A stretch of DNA of 64,000 nucleotides from Candidatus Dormiibacterota bacterium (GTDB lineage Bacteria; Chloroflexota; Dormibacteria; Aeolococcales; Aeolococcaceae), in contig JAFARE010000001.1 of the NCBI GenBank assembly GCA_019245575.1, forward strand, positions 268,015-332,014. The letters are read 5' to 3'. The notes below the pieces were generated by a model. It saw only the letters and a list, made by a program, of their open reading frames with translations. It had not been told where the DNA came from and ran no database searches. The position numbers and the translations under genes were made by a program. Of this stretch, positions 63,925 to 64,000 are shown piece by piece (the stretch's first letter is position 1; each line of letters begins with the position of its first letter).

Positions 63925-63944
63925 CCCACGCGTCAACGCGTGGG
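63925..63944. promoter_or_regulatory. Perfect palindrome CCCACGCGT-ca-ACGCGTGGG between yvcK and the upstream gene
   Basis: 9-bp arms in a 42-nt intercistronic gap. It could be an intercistronic hairpin or an operator. Confidence 0.3.
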
Positions 63945-63949
63945 CTGTC

Positions 63950-64000
63950 TCAGATGGCGACGTCGATGCCGCTGAACGCCCGTTCGGCCTCGTCGCGGCG
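63950..64000 (-). CDS. 3' end of a CDS running in from the window edge (unknown; a RapZ/YvcJ-like gene would be the usual neighbour of yvcK)
   Basis: Open frame ...RRDEAERAFSGIDVAI then TGA (63952-63950) with high GC3. Only 16 codons are visible, so the product is not assignable. Confidence 0.25.
   Translation of the reverse strand, partial: RRDEAERAFSGIDVAI

Overview
Very GC-rich chromosomal segment (by eye above 70% G+C, not computed). Actinobacteria-type hallmarks include an LprG-type lipoprotein + MFS pair, a DUF222-HNH gene, FemAB genes, YvcK, many 4-nt ATGA/GTGA gene overlaps and leaderless-type promoters. I call about 66 protein-coding genes (two are edge fragments) and one tRNA-Val(CAC). 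There is no rRNA, CRISPR, transposase or integrase. Content is mostly housekeeping: rplI-dnaB; rpsF-ssb-rpsR; gcvT-gcvH; a class V aminotransferase-serA-DUF1015 set; folB-folD-ORF-folC; a polyphosphate module (ppx divergent from ppk1-CYTH/CHAD-SixA-like); and scattered cell-wall genes (murE, glucosaminidase, amidase, D,D-carboxypeptidase, two FemAB, YvcK). Items not explained by ordinary annotation, most notable first: (1) an ~86-126 nt conserved element present twice in inverted orientation (10780-11022 and 62434-62581). Each copy is closed by its own long stem, and the G.U positions all fit one transcript orientation, so it is a candidate structured sRNA or REP-like element. (2) An uncharacterised 185-aa ORF packed tightly inside the folate operon. 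(3) A large secreted BNR/Asp-box protein with a PEP-CTERM-like tail next to tRNA-Val. (4) A rhodanese-ThiF/MoeB fusion with the reverse of the usual domain order. (5) A divergent leaderless XRE / zinc-ribbon gene pair. (6) A more AT-rich islet carrying the DUF222-HNH gene. (7) Recurrent TANNNT hexamers 6-12 nt upstream of start codons. Most long ORFs in the six-frame track are antisense artefacts of the high GC content. All alignments and motif calls were made by eye. No database search was run.
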